NCBI RefSeq assembly: GCF_009914755.1
Contig: NC_060942.1
DNA length: 64,000 bases
Reading direction: 5' to 3' (one strand)
From: the human T2T-CHM13v2.0 reference genome, Homo sapiens
Positions 1 through 12,748 of the stretch are shown piece by piece. The notes beneath the pieces were generated by a model, which searched no databases, was not told where the DNA came from, and saw nothing but the letters and a program-made list of their open reading frames with translations. Every line of letters starts with the position of its first letter. The first letter of the stretch is position 1. The position numbers and the translations under genes are program-made.

Positions 1-1517
1 AACAGGAAAACAGAGAAAAATCAATAAAATCAAGTTGCCTGTTTGAACAGATAAGTAATTCTAAATCTCTAGTCAGGCTAATGAAATAAAGAGATAAGAT
101 ACCAATTACTAATAACAGAAATGAAAACAGAGTAATAGCTATTGATTCGATGGACATTAAAAGATAATAAAAAAGCATGTTACTAACAGCTCTAAGTTCA
201 CAAATTTGATAACAGGACAGATTCTCTGAAAAACATGAAACTCATACAAGGAGAAATTGATTATCTAAATAGGTCAATAATTATTGAATGAATTGAATCA
301 ATAACATAGACCTTACATACTTCATAAAATTGACTCAAAATTGATCATAGCCTTCAATTAAAACAAAGAAATTATAAACTTCTATAATAAAACACAGGAA
401 AATATGTGACCTTGAGTTTGGTGATATATTTTCGTATATAATAACAAAACCAAAATCCATAAAATTAAAAATATATATATTTTTAATTTTAATATATGTA
501 TAAGTTGAACTTTATTAAAATTAAAAATTTTTGGTCTGAAAAATACACTGAAAGAGAATGAAAAGAGAAGGGACACATTGGGAGAAAATGTTTGAAAAAG
601 ACGTATCTGATAAAGAACTTTTATCCAAAATGTACAAAGACCACTTTAAACTCAATATTATAAACAAAAACCCAGTTACGAAATGAGCCTAAGATCTGAA
701 CAGACACTGTACCAGAGAAGATATATAGAAGGCAATAAACACGTAAAAACATGCTTATGAGCATGCATCATGAGATAATTGCAAATGAAAGCAGCAACAA
801 AATACACATTTATTAGAAGGGTAAAAATTCAATAACTGACAATGGCAGTTGCTGGCAAGGATGTGGAATAAAGGAGCTCTCCTTTATTGCTGGTGGGAAT
901 GCAAAGTGGTACAGCCACTGGGAGGACAGTTCAACAGTATCTTACAACAAATAAACCTAGGCTTATCTTACTAAACAATCCAGCAATCACTCTCCTAGGT
1001 ATTTGCCCAACTGACTAAAAAACTTGTGTTCACACAAAAAACTACACAGGATTGTTATAGCAGTTTTATTCATAATTGCTCCAAACTGGCTGTAACCAAG
1101 GTATCCATCAACAGATGAATGGATAAACAAACTGGCTCATCAGTTCAAGGAGGTGCCTAAGAAAGCCACAGACTCTATGATTTCAATGATCATACATTCT
1201 GGAAACAGTAACACTATAAAAATGATTAAAGAATTAGAGGTTGACAAGGCTTCAAGTAGTGTGGGGGTGGGGGGAAGACTATACATATAGCTCAGGGAAT
1301 TTTTGAGGGTGATGTACCTATTCAGTATGATACTGTTATGTTGATGTGTGCTACTATACATTTCTCAGTAGCTATAGAATTTTACAGCATAAGGAGTGCG
1401 CCTTAATGTATGCAAAATTAAAAAACAAGATCACAGGATGAAATGCAGAGTGTGATAAAATGAAACAATCTAATTGTATAAGAAACATTTAAAATGACTT
1501 CACTGAAGGAGGTGGGG
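1..1517 (+). mobile_element. Old L1 (L1MC/L1MD-like), ORF2 remnant and 3' region
   Basis: Degenerate L1 phrases: AAAATCAATAAAATCAAG...GAACAGAT, GTATCTGATAAAGAACTT, GCTGGTGGGAATGCAAAGTGGTACAGCCACT, ACAGATGAATGGATAAACAAACTG. Runs off the window start. Confidence 0.85.
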
Positions 1518-1955
1518 TGAAAGAGTGAATTATATCCTCCCCAAAAAGAAATGTTGAAGTCCTAACCCCACTAACGCAGAAAGGGATATTATTCGGATAA
1601 TTGCAGGTGCAATTAGCAAATGTTACATCATGCTGAAGTAGGGTGTGTAATCCAGTGTAATTAGTGTCCTTCTAAGAAGATGGCCCTGTAAAGATAGATG
1701 CAGGGGAAATGCCATGTGGAGATGAGGATTGTAAGAACGCGTTTATAAGTCAAAGTTTACCAAAGCTTACCAACAAACCATCAGAGCTTAGAAGAGTCAA
1801 AGAAGGGTTCTCCTACTGGTTTCAGAGGGAGTATGGCCCCACTGATACCTTGATTTTGGACTGCTAGACTCTAGAATTGCATGTCAATACATTTCTGTTG
1901 TTTTAAGCCATCTAGCTTGTGGCACTTTGTTATAGCAGTCCTAGGAATTATTATA
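1518..1955 (+). mobile_element. MaLR solo LTR (MLT1B/C-like) interrupting the L1
   Basis: GAATTATATCCTCCCCAAAAAGAAATGTTGAAGTCCTAACCCC ... TTTCTGTTGTTTTAAGCCA...TTTGTTATAGCAGTCCTAGGAA matches the MLT1 LTR layout. Confidence 0.8.
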
Positions 1956-2390
1956 CTCCTCCAAACCCACAAATGCAGTGTAATAGTGTGATAAACATTA
2001 GACAAACCCAACTGAGGGACATTCTACAAAATGTTTGAATAGTGTTACTAAAAACTAGCAAGGTCACCAAAGGCAGTGAAGATCTTAGACACTGTCAAAA
2101 CCAAGAGCAGTCCGTGAGAATTTGTAACAACGAAATGTAATGTTGTATTCTGGGTAGGATTCTGGAACAGAAAAAAATACATTAAGTAAAGCAATGGAAA
2201 TTGAAATCAAATATAAATGTTATTTGATAGTAATGTGTTGATATTGGTCCATTAATTGTGGCAAATTTACTATGTTAATGTAAGTTATGTATTTATATAA
2301 GAAACTAGGTATGGAGTATGTGGGAACTGTATTATCTTCATAATATTTTGTCTGTCTAAAACTATACTAAAATAAAAAGTTTGTTAAAAG
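1956..2390 (+). mobile_element. L1MC/MD-like 3' UTR, continuing after the LTR
   Basis: AGACAAACCCAACTGAGGGACATTCTACAAAA ... TAAAACTATACTAAAATAAAAAGTT, typical of old L1 3' ends. Confidence 0.75.
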
Positions 2391-4134
2391 AAACTAAAAA
2401 CATTAATAGCCTAAACACTTTAAACAGGACAGTGGAAAACAGGAGAGATTGTAGACGAGATCAGCTGCATGTCCTGATGTGTTCGGCAGCTCCCTGGTTC
2501 CATGTTTCGCTAAGGAGGAATTGCCTTCTTCTGTATTTTGAATCTCCCTTTTGAAGATTCACAGCATATGTTAGCATAAAAGGTCCCCAAGAAGTCCCAC
2601 ATAATCAGTGACACTCGATTTTACTCAGCATTTCCAGCTTTAATTGTTCATTTTTGTTAATGCCTGCATAACTGGATCTTCAGATGTACTTGGTTAAAAG
2701 TTAACTCTTGGTTAGATTTTGTGATTTAAGAGCCACAACCAGGATACCATTCCAGTTTAGTCAGATTCCACCATTAAGCTTGAGGAGTTGGAATAGGGCG
2801 TGACCTCAGGAGGGGTGACGGTGCACAGTAAGAGTGAGCCTGCCAGTCTAACGTGGAATGACTGAGTTCCTCTGTCTGACTGCAGAAACCTACTAGTGTC
2901 TATCCCAGTTCATCTGTAAATTTCATCCATGGTGACTGTGCTGGAGGTGTGAACGGAGTGAGTCAATAAGTCCTGGGGAGGCCTGTACACTGGATATGAA
3001 GAGCTGGGGGTCCCTGAGACTGAGTCAAGGAAGTGAAAGACTGAGTCCTCTTTTCCAGGGTTGAGACAGTAGTCTTTTATCTGTTATTGCAGCCCCTGGG
3101 GAAATGAGGCTCCTAAAATCTTTATGCAGACCATGAATGAGCATTGCGTAGACTCAACAAAATACTTCACAGAACTATGTATTTTTTACCATGTGTACAA
3201 GTGGCTGAAGTAAATTGAATGAATTAATTTAATTAACTCATTTATAAATGCCACTGCATATACACTAGGTCTCTCAATCATCACATATTTTCTCAATTAA
3301 CGTGCATTAAAACAGTGCTAAAATATTGGAGACCTCTAAAAGTTTAGCCATTCTCAAAATTACTGGATCTAGATCAAAATGGGTAGAATGAAACTTATAT
3401 AAACATCATGAATGAAGCTCACTGGCTGTTATTCATGGTATCCAGTCAATATACTAATTGACTAATTGTCAATATTTGAGAACAAATAAAGAGGTGTCAG
3501 ATATTATGGTATTGTATAGTGAGTTTTGAAATTAATTTTCACCAAGCAACCATTTCCCCAACAAAAAGATAAAGAGTTTGAAGTGTTGGGCTTTATAGGC
3601 TGACAGCTTTTCATCTCTCTAGAAGGCAATATTTTTTATTTGCTAGCCATATATAGTTATATATTATGTTATTAACCCCATCTGTTAAATGGGTTAATAC
3701 TCCTTTCCTTATATATTACACATATTGGAAGTTGTATAGATATTAGTGGTGTAGCATTCCAGCAAAATAGTAGGCATTCTTTATGATTTTTTTTACCATT
3801 GTTTTAATTGATATAGTTTTGATCGTTCTAGTATAATCATGTGAAAAATAATTTTAGTAGGAGTGTTGTAATAAATAAGACATAAACAGGCACAGTAAAG
3901 CTAAAAAATCACCATAAACCTGAGATGATAAAGAATTAAGAAGGTGACAATTACCTGGATTGGATGAGACATGATATAGCACTAAATTTTCTTTCTCCAA
4001 ATTGCTAAGCTTTATGCTCCTCTTTGTTCTTCATTGTTTGGGTAAAGGAGTAAGAATGAACTAAGTGTAGAACTGCTTTCTTGAAATGTAGTTATTGAGA
4101 AAATTAAATTATGCCTGAATGTCTAATAAAAGCA

Positions 4135-5105
4135 TCTATTTCATTCCTTCGGTTATTGATTAAGCACCTACTAAGTATCAGGTCGTGTTCTAAGCTCTGG
4201 AGACAGAGCTGCAGACTAAGTGGATAAAGCTTATGCAGAGCTTACATTTAACCAGGAGAAGAGACAGTAACATGTGTAGGTATATAATCAAATAATGCTT
4301 TAAAAAATAAGCAGGATGATGAAGTCACAAAATAATGGTACAGGGGGAGAGACTTTTTAAAATAGTACTGTCAGAAAGGTGTTTTGGGAAGGGAAGGGGA
4401 GTAGCCACACTTAGGAAGGAGTATTTCAGATAGCCAGTAAAAGTACAAAGGCCTTTTATAAGGGCAAGCTCATTGTGTCTTGGGAAGAGCAAGAAGATCA
4501 GCAAGGCTGGAGTGGAGTGAGGGAGGGCAGACTTGTACAAAATGCAATAAAAGAAAGTCCCAGGAACACGATCACATATATGCATCTTCAAAATCATAGT
4601 AGGGCTTTTTAAAAAATAGGCTTTATTTTTACAGCAGTTTTAGGTTCACAGCAAAATTGAGCTGAAGCTACAGAGATTTCCTATATACTCCCTGCCTCCA
4701 CACATGCATAGCTTCTCCTATTATCAACATCCTCTACCAGAGTGGTACATTTGTTAACAATTGATGAACCTCATCATAGATATTTTGAGTTTATTCTTAT
4801 TGAGATAGGAAACCACAGGGAATGTGATCAGCTAAGTGACATGATCTGATTCACTACCCTGGCTGTTGTGTGGAGAGCAGACTGTGGCAGTGAAACTAGC
4901 AAGATTGGAAGGAGGAAAATTCATTTGAAAGTTACTGAAAATTGGAAGAGAAAGATAAGGGCTAATTGGATTACAATATTAGTGTTGTAGAAAATAGTAA
5001 GTGGTTATGTCAGGATTTACTTTGAATGTAGAGATGACAGTGCTTAGCTAATGGATCTGATGTGGAATGTGGAAAAAAAAGAGGAGTAAGGATGACTCAA
5101 GGATT
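4135..5105 (-). mobile_element. L2 fragment interrupted by an L1 3' end
   Basis: ATTCATTC...TTATTGATTAAGCACCTACTAAG..CAGG (antisense L2 3' end); GTGACATGATCTGATT; GAGGAGTAAGGATGACTC. Confidence 0.75.
4606..4771 (-). mobile_element. L1MC1-3-like 3' terminal fragment
   Basis: TTTTTACAGCAGTTTTAGGTTCACAGCAAAATTGAGC...CCAGAGTGGTACATTTGTTA..ATTGATGAACCT. Confidence 0.8.
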
Positions 5106-5229
5106 TTACGTATGCATTGAAAGATACTTGAATATACAGACATCTTTATACATGTCAGTCAATCTGAACATTTCATCTCTAACACAGCAGTGATCAATAC
5201 ATGGAAGATCGCAGGTCCTAACATGTTGT

Positions 5230-5345
5230 TGTTTAACTCCATGAGGATTGGAAATACGTCTGCTGTGTTCATTGCAGTCCCAAACCTTAGGATAGTTCCC
5301 AGAACATGGTGAGCTTTAAACAAATTGCTTAAATAAATTAATGAA
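5230..5345 (+). mobile_element. L2 3' end fragment
   Basis: AACTCCATGAGG...TGTTCATTGC...AAATTGCTTAAATAAATT resembles the L2 tail. Confidence 0.55.
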
Positions 5346-6149
5346 AATTACTAATAAGAAACAGGGTTGAATAACTCATTACGGGTTGAATACGCATGAC
5401 TCTTAAATTAAAAGGGCTTGATTTGAAGTTTGAAAGGCATTTTGTGAAAAATAATTTACTAATGAGTGTTCTCCAAAATCTCTGGCTAAAAACCATGCAT
5501 TTATTAAGGCACTGGATAAGCCTCACTGCTTTGAACCACTGGTGACTTTAATCAATTTGATTTTAGAACATGTCACATGTGTGAAATACGTATGAATTCA
5601 TTTTAGTTTAAAATTTTGGTTTTGGAATCTTTACTTTCCAACTCAAACTGGCATAATTAACCTAACATTACCTTTTCATCAGCATAGACTTCAGTTTTAT
5701 ATTACTTTGACCTTACCCTTCAAATTCCACTGCACTTTCTAACTGCCTTTTAAAAATTATTAATAACCTTTGGAGGCCTCTGTCGTCTGTCTACCCATTT
5801 TTCTTTCACTCTATTCCCATTTATTCTGCTTTCCATTTATCTTTTGTGTTTGTTTCTCACTCCCTTAAATATACATGTCTACATTTCCAGTAATTTTTTA
5901 TAAGTTCCTTTTTGTTCCTCAAATGTTTAGTCTTCCAAATATGTAGTTTTATCCAGTTTAATTCATCAAATTCCTCAATTTTTAGAATCTACTGATGTCA
6001 TCTTACAAATAATATAAGATGAAGATGGATAGAATACCTATACATTTGTCAACCTTCTCTTCTCCCTTAGTACATGCATTACTGATTTCACATTTATGTT
6101 TCATCTGCATATGGAGTTATTAATTCCAAGAACATAAGGAGAAAGATTC

Positions 6150-9100
6150 ATCCTGTCCTTACTGCTCAGAGTTGTGGAGAGTGGTGGCCCTGAGAATGAG
6201 AAGTTTGGATTTTTTATTTCAGTGAGCATAGTTCACAGAGGATTGCAGCCTCTGTAAGTTCAGTGGTGGCTTCCTTCAGCAGGCCAGGGCCAGCAGTTGA
6301 AGAGGCAATCATAGAGTTGGGCTTGATGCCCTCCCCCACAAAGTGATTGAAACAAGATGGAAGCTCTTAACCACCAGAATTCAAGAGGCCTTAGTTACCT
6401 GGAATACCAAGAGGGGTAGCCAGGGAATTAGACCTGCATGGTATTGTGGGATGGTTAATAGATCATGATGTTCTCGGGTATAAAATTAGTAGAAAATCAT
6501 CAAGGGTACTGCTTAATATTTATTTATTTATTTTTCAAGAAGAGCAAGAGTAGAGAAGCATGAGGCTGAGCTTCATCATCCCAATGAAAAAAATTAAAAA
6601 TTTATGACTCCTTCTTTATCCTCAGACCAGAATCAATTTTCAGATCTAGAATTCATTGCCAAAAGAGGCAACTGGGTCCCTAGGAGGAAAAACCTTCAAG
6701 AGTGATGTTTTCCTCTCAGTTATCCCTCAAGGGCCCTAAGACTTTTATGTTGGCAATTATATCCTAGAGAAAAAGGATTAACCAGACATTTGGGGCATTT
6801 GGCATTAACAAGTTGATTATTGATTATAAAACTTGTTTAGAAAAGTGGGGACCTGGAGTTCCATATCATCATCATGAACCCCTTTCTGTTAGATTGGAGG
6901 CCTGTGGGTTAAAGTCCACTGACAGTGGGTCCAGTACATCTGCAAACCCACCTACAGGTCATCTCCCCAGTCCCTGGAGGTGATATACTTGGCATTTGAT
7001 GTACCCATCATGTTGGTTCCCTAACTTGACAGATAAGTTATTGGAGTTGAAAGATCAAGTGTAAATTTCTAAAACTGCATAATTCCCTTCACCTCCCATC
7101 CTCCGCCAAGCCAAGACAGTAAGCAAAAATCAACACTGTATCTATTAAAAACATAAATGGCGCAGGGGTGTTAGTTCCTGTCATATCTCCATTTAATTGT
7201 AGACTGCTACAGACTTAACCAAGGAGAAGCCCTGATCACAGCTGCTTTACCAGATGTAGTATCATTGCCAGGGGAGAGTAATAAGGCCTCAGGTACACAG
7301 TTTGTTGCCACTCATTTGGTGAACATGTTCTTTTGCATTCCGATTTCAAAAAAGAATATCAGAAACAGTTTGCATTTAAATGGGACATCCAACTATATTC
7401 ACTTAAAGTTTTGTCTCAGGGCTATGTTAACTTTCCACCCCTTCCAAAGAGCTCTGTAGCACTTGTACATCCCATGGGACATCACACAGATTCATTACAT
7501 TGACAATATCATGCTGATTGTACAGGGTAAGCAAGAGGTGATAAGCACGCTGGAGGCATTGCTAAGACAGTTTCTCTACAGAGGGTACAAGATAAATGAA
7601 GTTTCAGGAACCAGCACAGTAAAGTGTTAAGATATTCAGTCATTAGGACCATGCCAAAAATACTATCCAAATAAAAGAAAAAACGCTGCAGATTCCATCC
7701 TCACCGCAAAGAGAGAAGAAGAGAAGCATGCAGCATCTTTGGGCTCTTAAGACAGCATATTCCATACACTACTCCAGCCCATCTTCCCAGTGATATAGAA
7801 GGCTACCAACTCTCTAAGATACCCAGCAGACATAGACTCTGTATCAGGTGTTTGTAGGTCATTGCTACGATCTGAATGTTGTGCCCCCAAATGTCAAATG
7901 TTGCAACCTAATCCCCAATGTGGTGATATTAAGAGGTGAAGTCTTTGGAAGGCGTTTTGGTCTTCAGGCAGGAGACCTCATAAATGGAATGAATGCCCTT
8001 ATAAAAGAAGCCTGAGGGAGCTTGTTTGACCCTTTCATCTTGTGAGGATGAAGGGCAAAGTTGCCATCTGTGAGAAAGCAGGTCCTCACCAGATACCAGA
8101 TCTACTGGTGATTTCATTTTGGACTTCCTGGTCTCTAGAACTGTAAGAGATAAATCTATGTTCTTTATAAACCACCCAGGTTATGGTAATATGTTATAGC
8201 AACCTAAATAGACTAAGACAGTCATGGTGTCATCAGGCCTGAAATAGACAGTATAATCAAGCTGACCCTATATTGTTGAAGATGTCATCGGTGTGAAAAG
8301 GTGCTGTGTGAAGTTTATGTCAAGCACCAGTGAGAGAGTCACAACACAGCTGCTTCATATTCTAGAGCAAGACCATGACTTTCATAACAGAGATTATATA
8401 TCCTTGGGAAATGCATTTTGGAATGTTACTGGGCCCAGGTGGAGATGGGCAGCAAGTATTATTTTCCTTGGGACAGCAAGTATTATTCAGAACTACCTCT
8501 TAGGATCTGAGTTCTATTAGGCCTGAAAATCATAGAGTTGGACTGGACTAGTAGAAGTTCATTATAATTTGAAATGTTAGATCTGGGATTGAGCATGAGC
8601 ATGTCAGAGAGTTAGAGCATACTGCTGGAGCACGTAGACCAGAGGCTCCATATCACCCTAATAGTTGCCCTCGTGCCCCTTCCCTGGCTCACATCCATGG
8701 CAGGAGGGCCCTGTACAACCAGCTGAAAAAGAAGGGAAAAATCCGAGTTTGGATTGTGAGTGGGTTAGCTTGGTGCATGAGTGTGAACCAAAAACAAATA
8801 GTGTCTGAGTTACAACCACTCAGGGGTGACCCTAAAAAGACATTGGAGAGAAAAAAAATGTCCTTATAGGTAGAGCTATGAACAGTGCACCTGGTCATCC
8901 CTGTGTGTGGGAAGAGAAGAGGACTGAGGTGATGATATATACAGATCCCTAGACATTGGCTCAGCTGTCTGTTCAAGGGCTCAGGAGAACAAAAATGAGT
9001 AGAAGAGCAGAGAAAGAATGTCTGGCATAGAGACACATGGACAGGTGTTTGGGAATGATATGAAGTGTGTGAAGCCTTTTATATTACACACTAACATTCA

Positions 9101-9880
9101 GCAGAAAACACCTACCACAGAAAAGGCCCTGAAAAACTAAACAGACAAAAGTAACCCAGTCGTCATTAGCTGGCCTTTGTCACTGGCCCCTACAGAATTG
9201 GTGTGAAGATCACGCAAGTGAAGTGATCGTGTTGGCAGAGACAGAGGCTACGTATGGGCCCAACTCCAATTTTTCCGCAATGGATACCAACACTAATCCT
9301 CTAACAGGGCAAGACTCCCTAAAGAGAAAACAATGGCTATTTAGGTTCCTATACAGAGTATTTTTCATCTTAGAAAAAAAATAGTCATTAGTCCTTACAA
9401 GATAGATACTATTCCAGGTAGAGGTTTGCCTTTCCTGCCCAATGATCCTCAGGAAGCACACTGTCCAGAAATTTTCAGAATATTCGATACACAGTTATGA
9501 AATCCTACAGAGCATAGCATCTGACAAGGGGATCCACTTCACAGCCTAATAAGTGTGTGAGTAGGCTCATGCTAGATATGGAACACTGCACCATGGCCAG
9601 TGGTCACAGGATACACTGGTCATTTCACATATTAAGCCATCTGGATGTACCCAGCCTCATAGAATGCTGAAATGATCTTCTAACAACTCAGCTGAAACGC
9701 CAGCTCAGAGGCAGCACTCCAAAAGAATAGGTTTCATTTTTTTTTTAGGAAGCAATTTATATATTAAATCCAACATTTCCATATAGTGTGATGTTCTCAA
9801 TAGGGTTCAGGGACCAAGAGATGTGAACAGAAGCAGCCCCACTCAGAAAGGGTACATCAAAAGTCTTATTGAACATCAAG
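6150..9880 (+). mobile_element. ERV-L (class III; ERVL/HERV16-like) internal region: decayed gag and pol (RT, RNase H, integrase)
   Basis: From ~7203 it reads DCYRLNQGEALITAALPDVVSL...VNMFFCIPI (ERVL DYRKLNQV..IAAAVPDVVSLL..LANAFFSIP). IHYIDNIML at ~7490-7516 is the RT YIDD motif decayed to YIDN. An RNase H-like EL*TVHLV lies at ~8870 and an integrase SIASDKGIHFTA at ~9511-9546. Many stops and frameshifts; ends approximate. Confidence 0.85.
7863..8220 (+). mobile_element. MLT1A-type MaLR solo LTR nested in ERV-L pol
   Basis: Termini TGCTACGATCTGAATG ... GACTAAGACA; perfect 5-bp TSD GTCAT at 7858-7862 and 8221-8225. Confidence 0.9.
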
Positions 9881-10622
9881 TTATGGTTGCCAACAAGACA
9901 CTTTACACTCGTTGTGTCAAGGCACCAGCAGTCAAGAAAAATGTTACACAACTGAGAGAAGCAACTGCTTCAGATCCACGAGAGGAGACAGAGCATTTGT
10001 GAATGTGAGCAGGTCAGAATACATGTTGAACTCAGTAGATTCACCTTGGCTCCAACCAGTATGCACTTGCCTCATAATAATTGTGAATAGATTTGAGACT
10101 AAGAGAGGTGTGCTTACCAGCATCCTCATTTCAGATGCAAAATATCAGATGCCAAGTTTGTGGGTAAAACTTAGAATCTTTGCATGTGCAAGGATGTCAT
10201 TGCACTATCACTTTTGATGGCCAGGAGTTAGGAGCAATTGGGGATCTCACCCTTGTTAAGGTAAGAGAAAGGAAAAATATGCTGCATGTATACCATGGAG
10301 CCATATGCAAAAATTCAAAGAGGCAGAGGATTGGCTAAACATGAAATAACATGCATAGACCTTAAAAATAGTGTTTATTAGAAAAAGTAAAGAAAATAAG
10401 GAGACATTCAAGATAATATATTAATGATGATTAAAGGCATATGCCCACCAAAAGACAATGCACATTTTGAAAGAATATATACATTCACACCACATTAGAA
10501 TATTAGAATGACTTTCTGCCTTTTGGGAAATTTGGAGGAGAATAGGTATTTAGGCATTAAAGAAAACAAACAAACAAAAAAATCCTAAAACTGGTTAGAC
10601 AGGAAAAATCACAACAAAAGCA

Positions 10623-11028
10623 TAGATGCTCTTCAATTTGTGATTGGATTATATTCCAGTTAACCCACTGAAGTTGAAAATATCGGAAATCAAAAATGCT
10701 TTTAATGTATCCAGTGTAGCAAACATCATAGCTTAGCCTAGCCTACCTTAAATGTGCTCAGAACACTTACATTAGCCTACACTTGGGCAAAACCATCCAA
10801 CACCAACCTATTTTAAGTTGAATGTCTTACGCAAGTTTACCCTCATGATCATGCAGCTGACTGGAAGCTGCAGCTCACTGCCTCTGCCCAGCATCACAGG
10901 CCTAGGAAAAGACCAAAGTTCAAAATTCAAAAATCCAAGTGTAAGTTTCTAATAAATGCATATTATTTTTGCACCATCCTAACATCAAAAATTTGTAATT
11001 TAAACTATTGTAAACCAGGAAGCATCTG
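10623..11028 (+). mobile_element. MER47 (Tigger5-derived) DNA transposon
   Basis: TIRs TAGATGCT.../...AGCATCTG followed by TA; internal CATCATAGCTTAGCCTAGCCTACCTTAAATGTGCTCAGAACACTTACATTAGCC. Confidence 0.85.
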
Positions 11029-11984
11029 TAGTGCCCACCAAGTACTTTCTAGCCATCATCTTTTCATGTATCCAACACTCCCCTCCACCTCAATGAATGC
11101 TACTTCTAAAGCATCCTTTATTCCAACACTTGCAACATTTAAATTCATGGTAGATTTCAGGTGCCTGGCAGTCCTAGACATTGCCGTATATTTTCCAGAT
11201 GATGAGCTCTGAATTTAGGCAATGATTCTCCATCCTGCTTCATTAACTGCTTCCCATCCACATTGCTTTCCCTCAGATGGTTGACTTGTCACTTGGCTTT
11301 GGTTTTCTGCTTTGGTTTCCTTTTATTCTCTCAGTCTTAACCTGGTAACTTTCCAGTTCTTGCTTAGTTGCATAGAATGTATTATTTATACATAAGTCCA
11401 AGAGAAAAATTCATTTTTTCACAAAAAGGAGCTTTCTGAGAGTAATCTCCCATCACTAGTGATTTTTTTAAATTTTGTTTTGGCTTGGTTTTCAGGGATT
11501 TGAGCTATAATCATTTATGAGAAAAATAGCTCATTGAGAGAAGATAATATTGCTGTTCTGTAAATATATTATAAACATTGTCCACAAATCATGAATTTTA
11601 CTGAAACATAAACAGCGTAGCTCCCATAGAAAACAGCCCACAGGACCTAACCACTTGGACAGGGATTCCATCATCACAGCATTATAGGCTTTTTTTTTCA
11701 AAAAAAACTATGACCTGGAGTCACTTTAGGTGTGTGATGTTCCCCTCTTGCTCAGTTAGAAAAACAGAATACAGCCTCTAAAAGAATGTATCCTTAAGGA
11801 CAAAACATCAGATTCAATACTTAACTATTAGCCAATTGACAATGACCTGAGAGGCCTAATAGCAACTAGGCTGCTGTCATTTTTCTTGACTGAACATAAG
11901 AATTCATATTTTGTTCTGAATCAATGGATTTCATTTACTACATTTGGTATTAAATGGTAACAAAGAACAAAGAACACTACAAAG

Positions 11985-12215
11985 TGTTCTAATTTATATT
12001 GAGTACTTGCTGTGTACCCAGCACGGCTTCACGTGCTTTGTATGTATTAACTCATGAAATCCTTCAAACACAGTCACGAGACAGACACAATGGTGAACCT
12101 TACTTTGTCATTAAGGAAACACAGAGGGAAACTTCAGGTAAATTATTCAAGTTTAAAGAAGAATAAGCAGAACTGGAGGTTGAACTCAGGCCTTCTTGCT
12201 CTGAACTTTTGTTCT
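11985..12215 (-). mobile_element. MIR SINE
   Basis: ATTGAGTACTTGCTGTGTACCCAGCAC...TATTAACTCAT..AATCCT...AAGGAAAC..AGAGG (antisense MIR core). Confidence 0.65.
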
Positions 12216-12399
12216 TCACCCGCAGTGGAAACTCCCTCCCCCAAATTCTTTCAAGTTGTTGTAATTTTACCACCGTTGTTTGTGTTGGAAATGTGTGAAC
12301 AGTGGACTGAGGAATTATTTTTCTTATGTGAATAAAAAAGTAATGCTCTCTTCAAGTCTTATAGAATTAGAAAAGAGGTTTTGGGGTTTGTTGTTATTG

Positions 12400-12748
12400 T
12401 TGTTGTTATTTGTTTTTGTTTTGAGATAGAGGCTCTCTCTGTTGCCCAGGCTGGAGTGTGGTGGTGTGATCTTGTGATCTTGATTCATTGCAAGCTCCCT
12501 CTCCCAGATTCAAGCAATTCTCCTGCCTCAGCCTCCCGAGTAGCTAGGACTATAGGCATGTGCCACTACGTTTGGCTAGTTTTTGTATTTTTTTTTTTTA
12601 ATTTTAAAATGGAAACTAATTCTTTTTTTTTTTAGTAGAGGTGGGGTTTCATCATGATGGCCAGGCTAGTCTCTAATTCCTGACCTCAAATGATCGACTT
12701 CCCTTAGCCTCCAAACTTGCTGGGATTATAAGCGTGAGCCACCGTGCC
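12400..12748 (-). mobile_element. Alu (S/J) with extra sequence in the central linker
   Basis: GTTGCCCAGGCTGGAGTG...CCTCAGCCTCCCGAGTAGCT...GCTGGGATTATAAGCGTGAGCCACCGTGCC. Confidence 0.95.
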
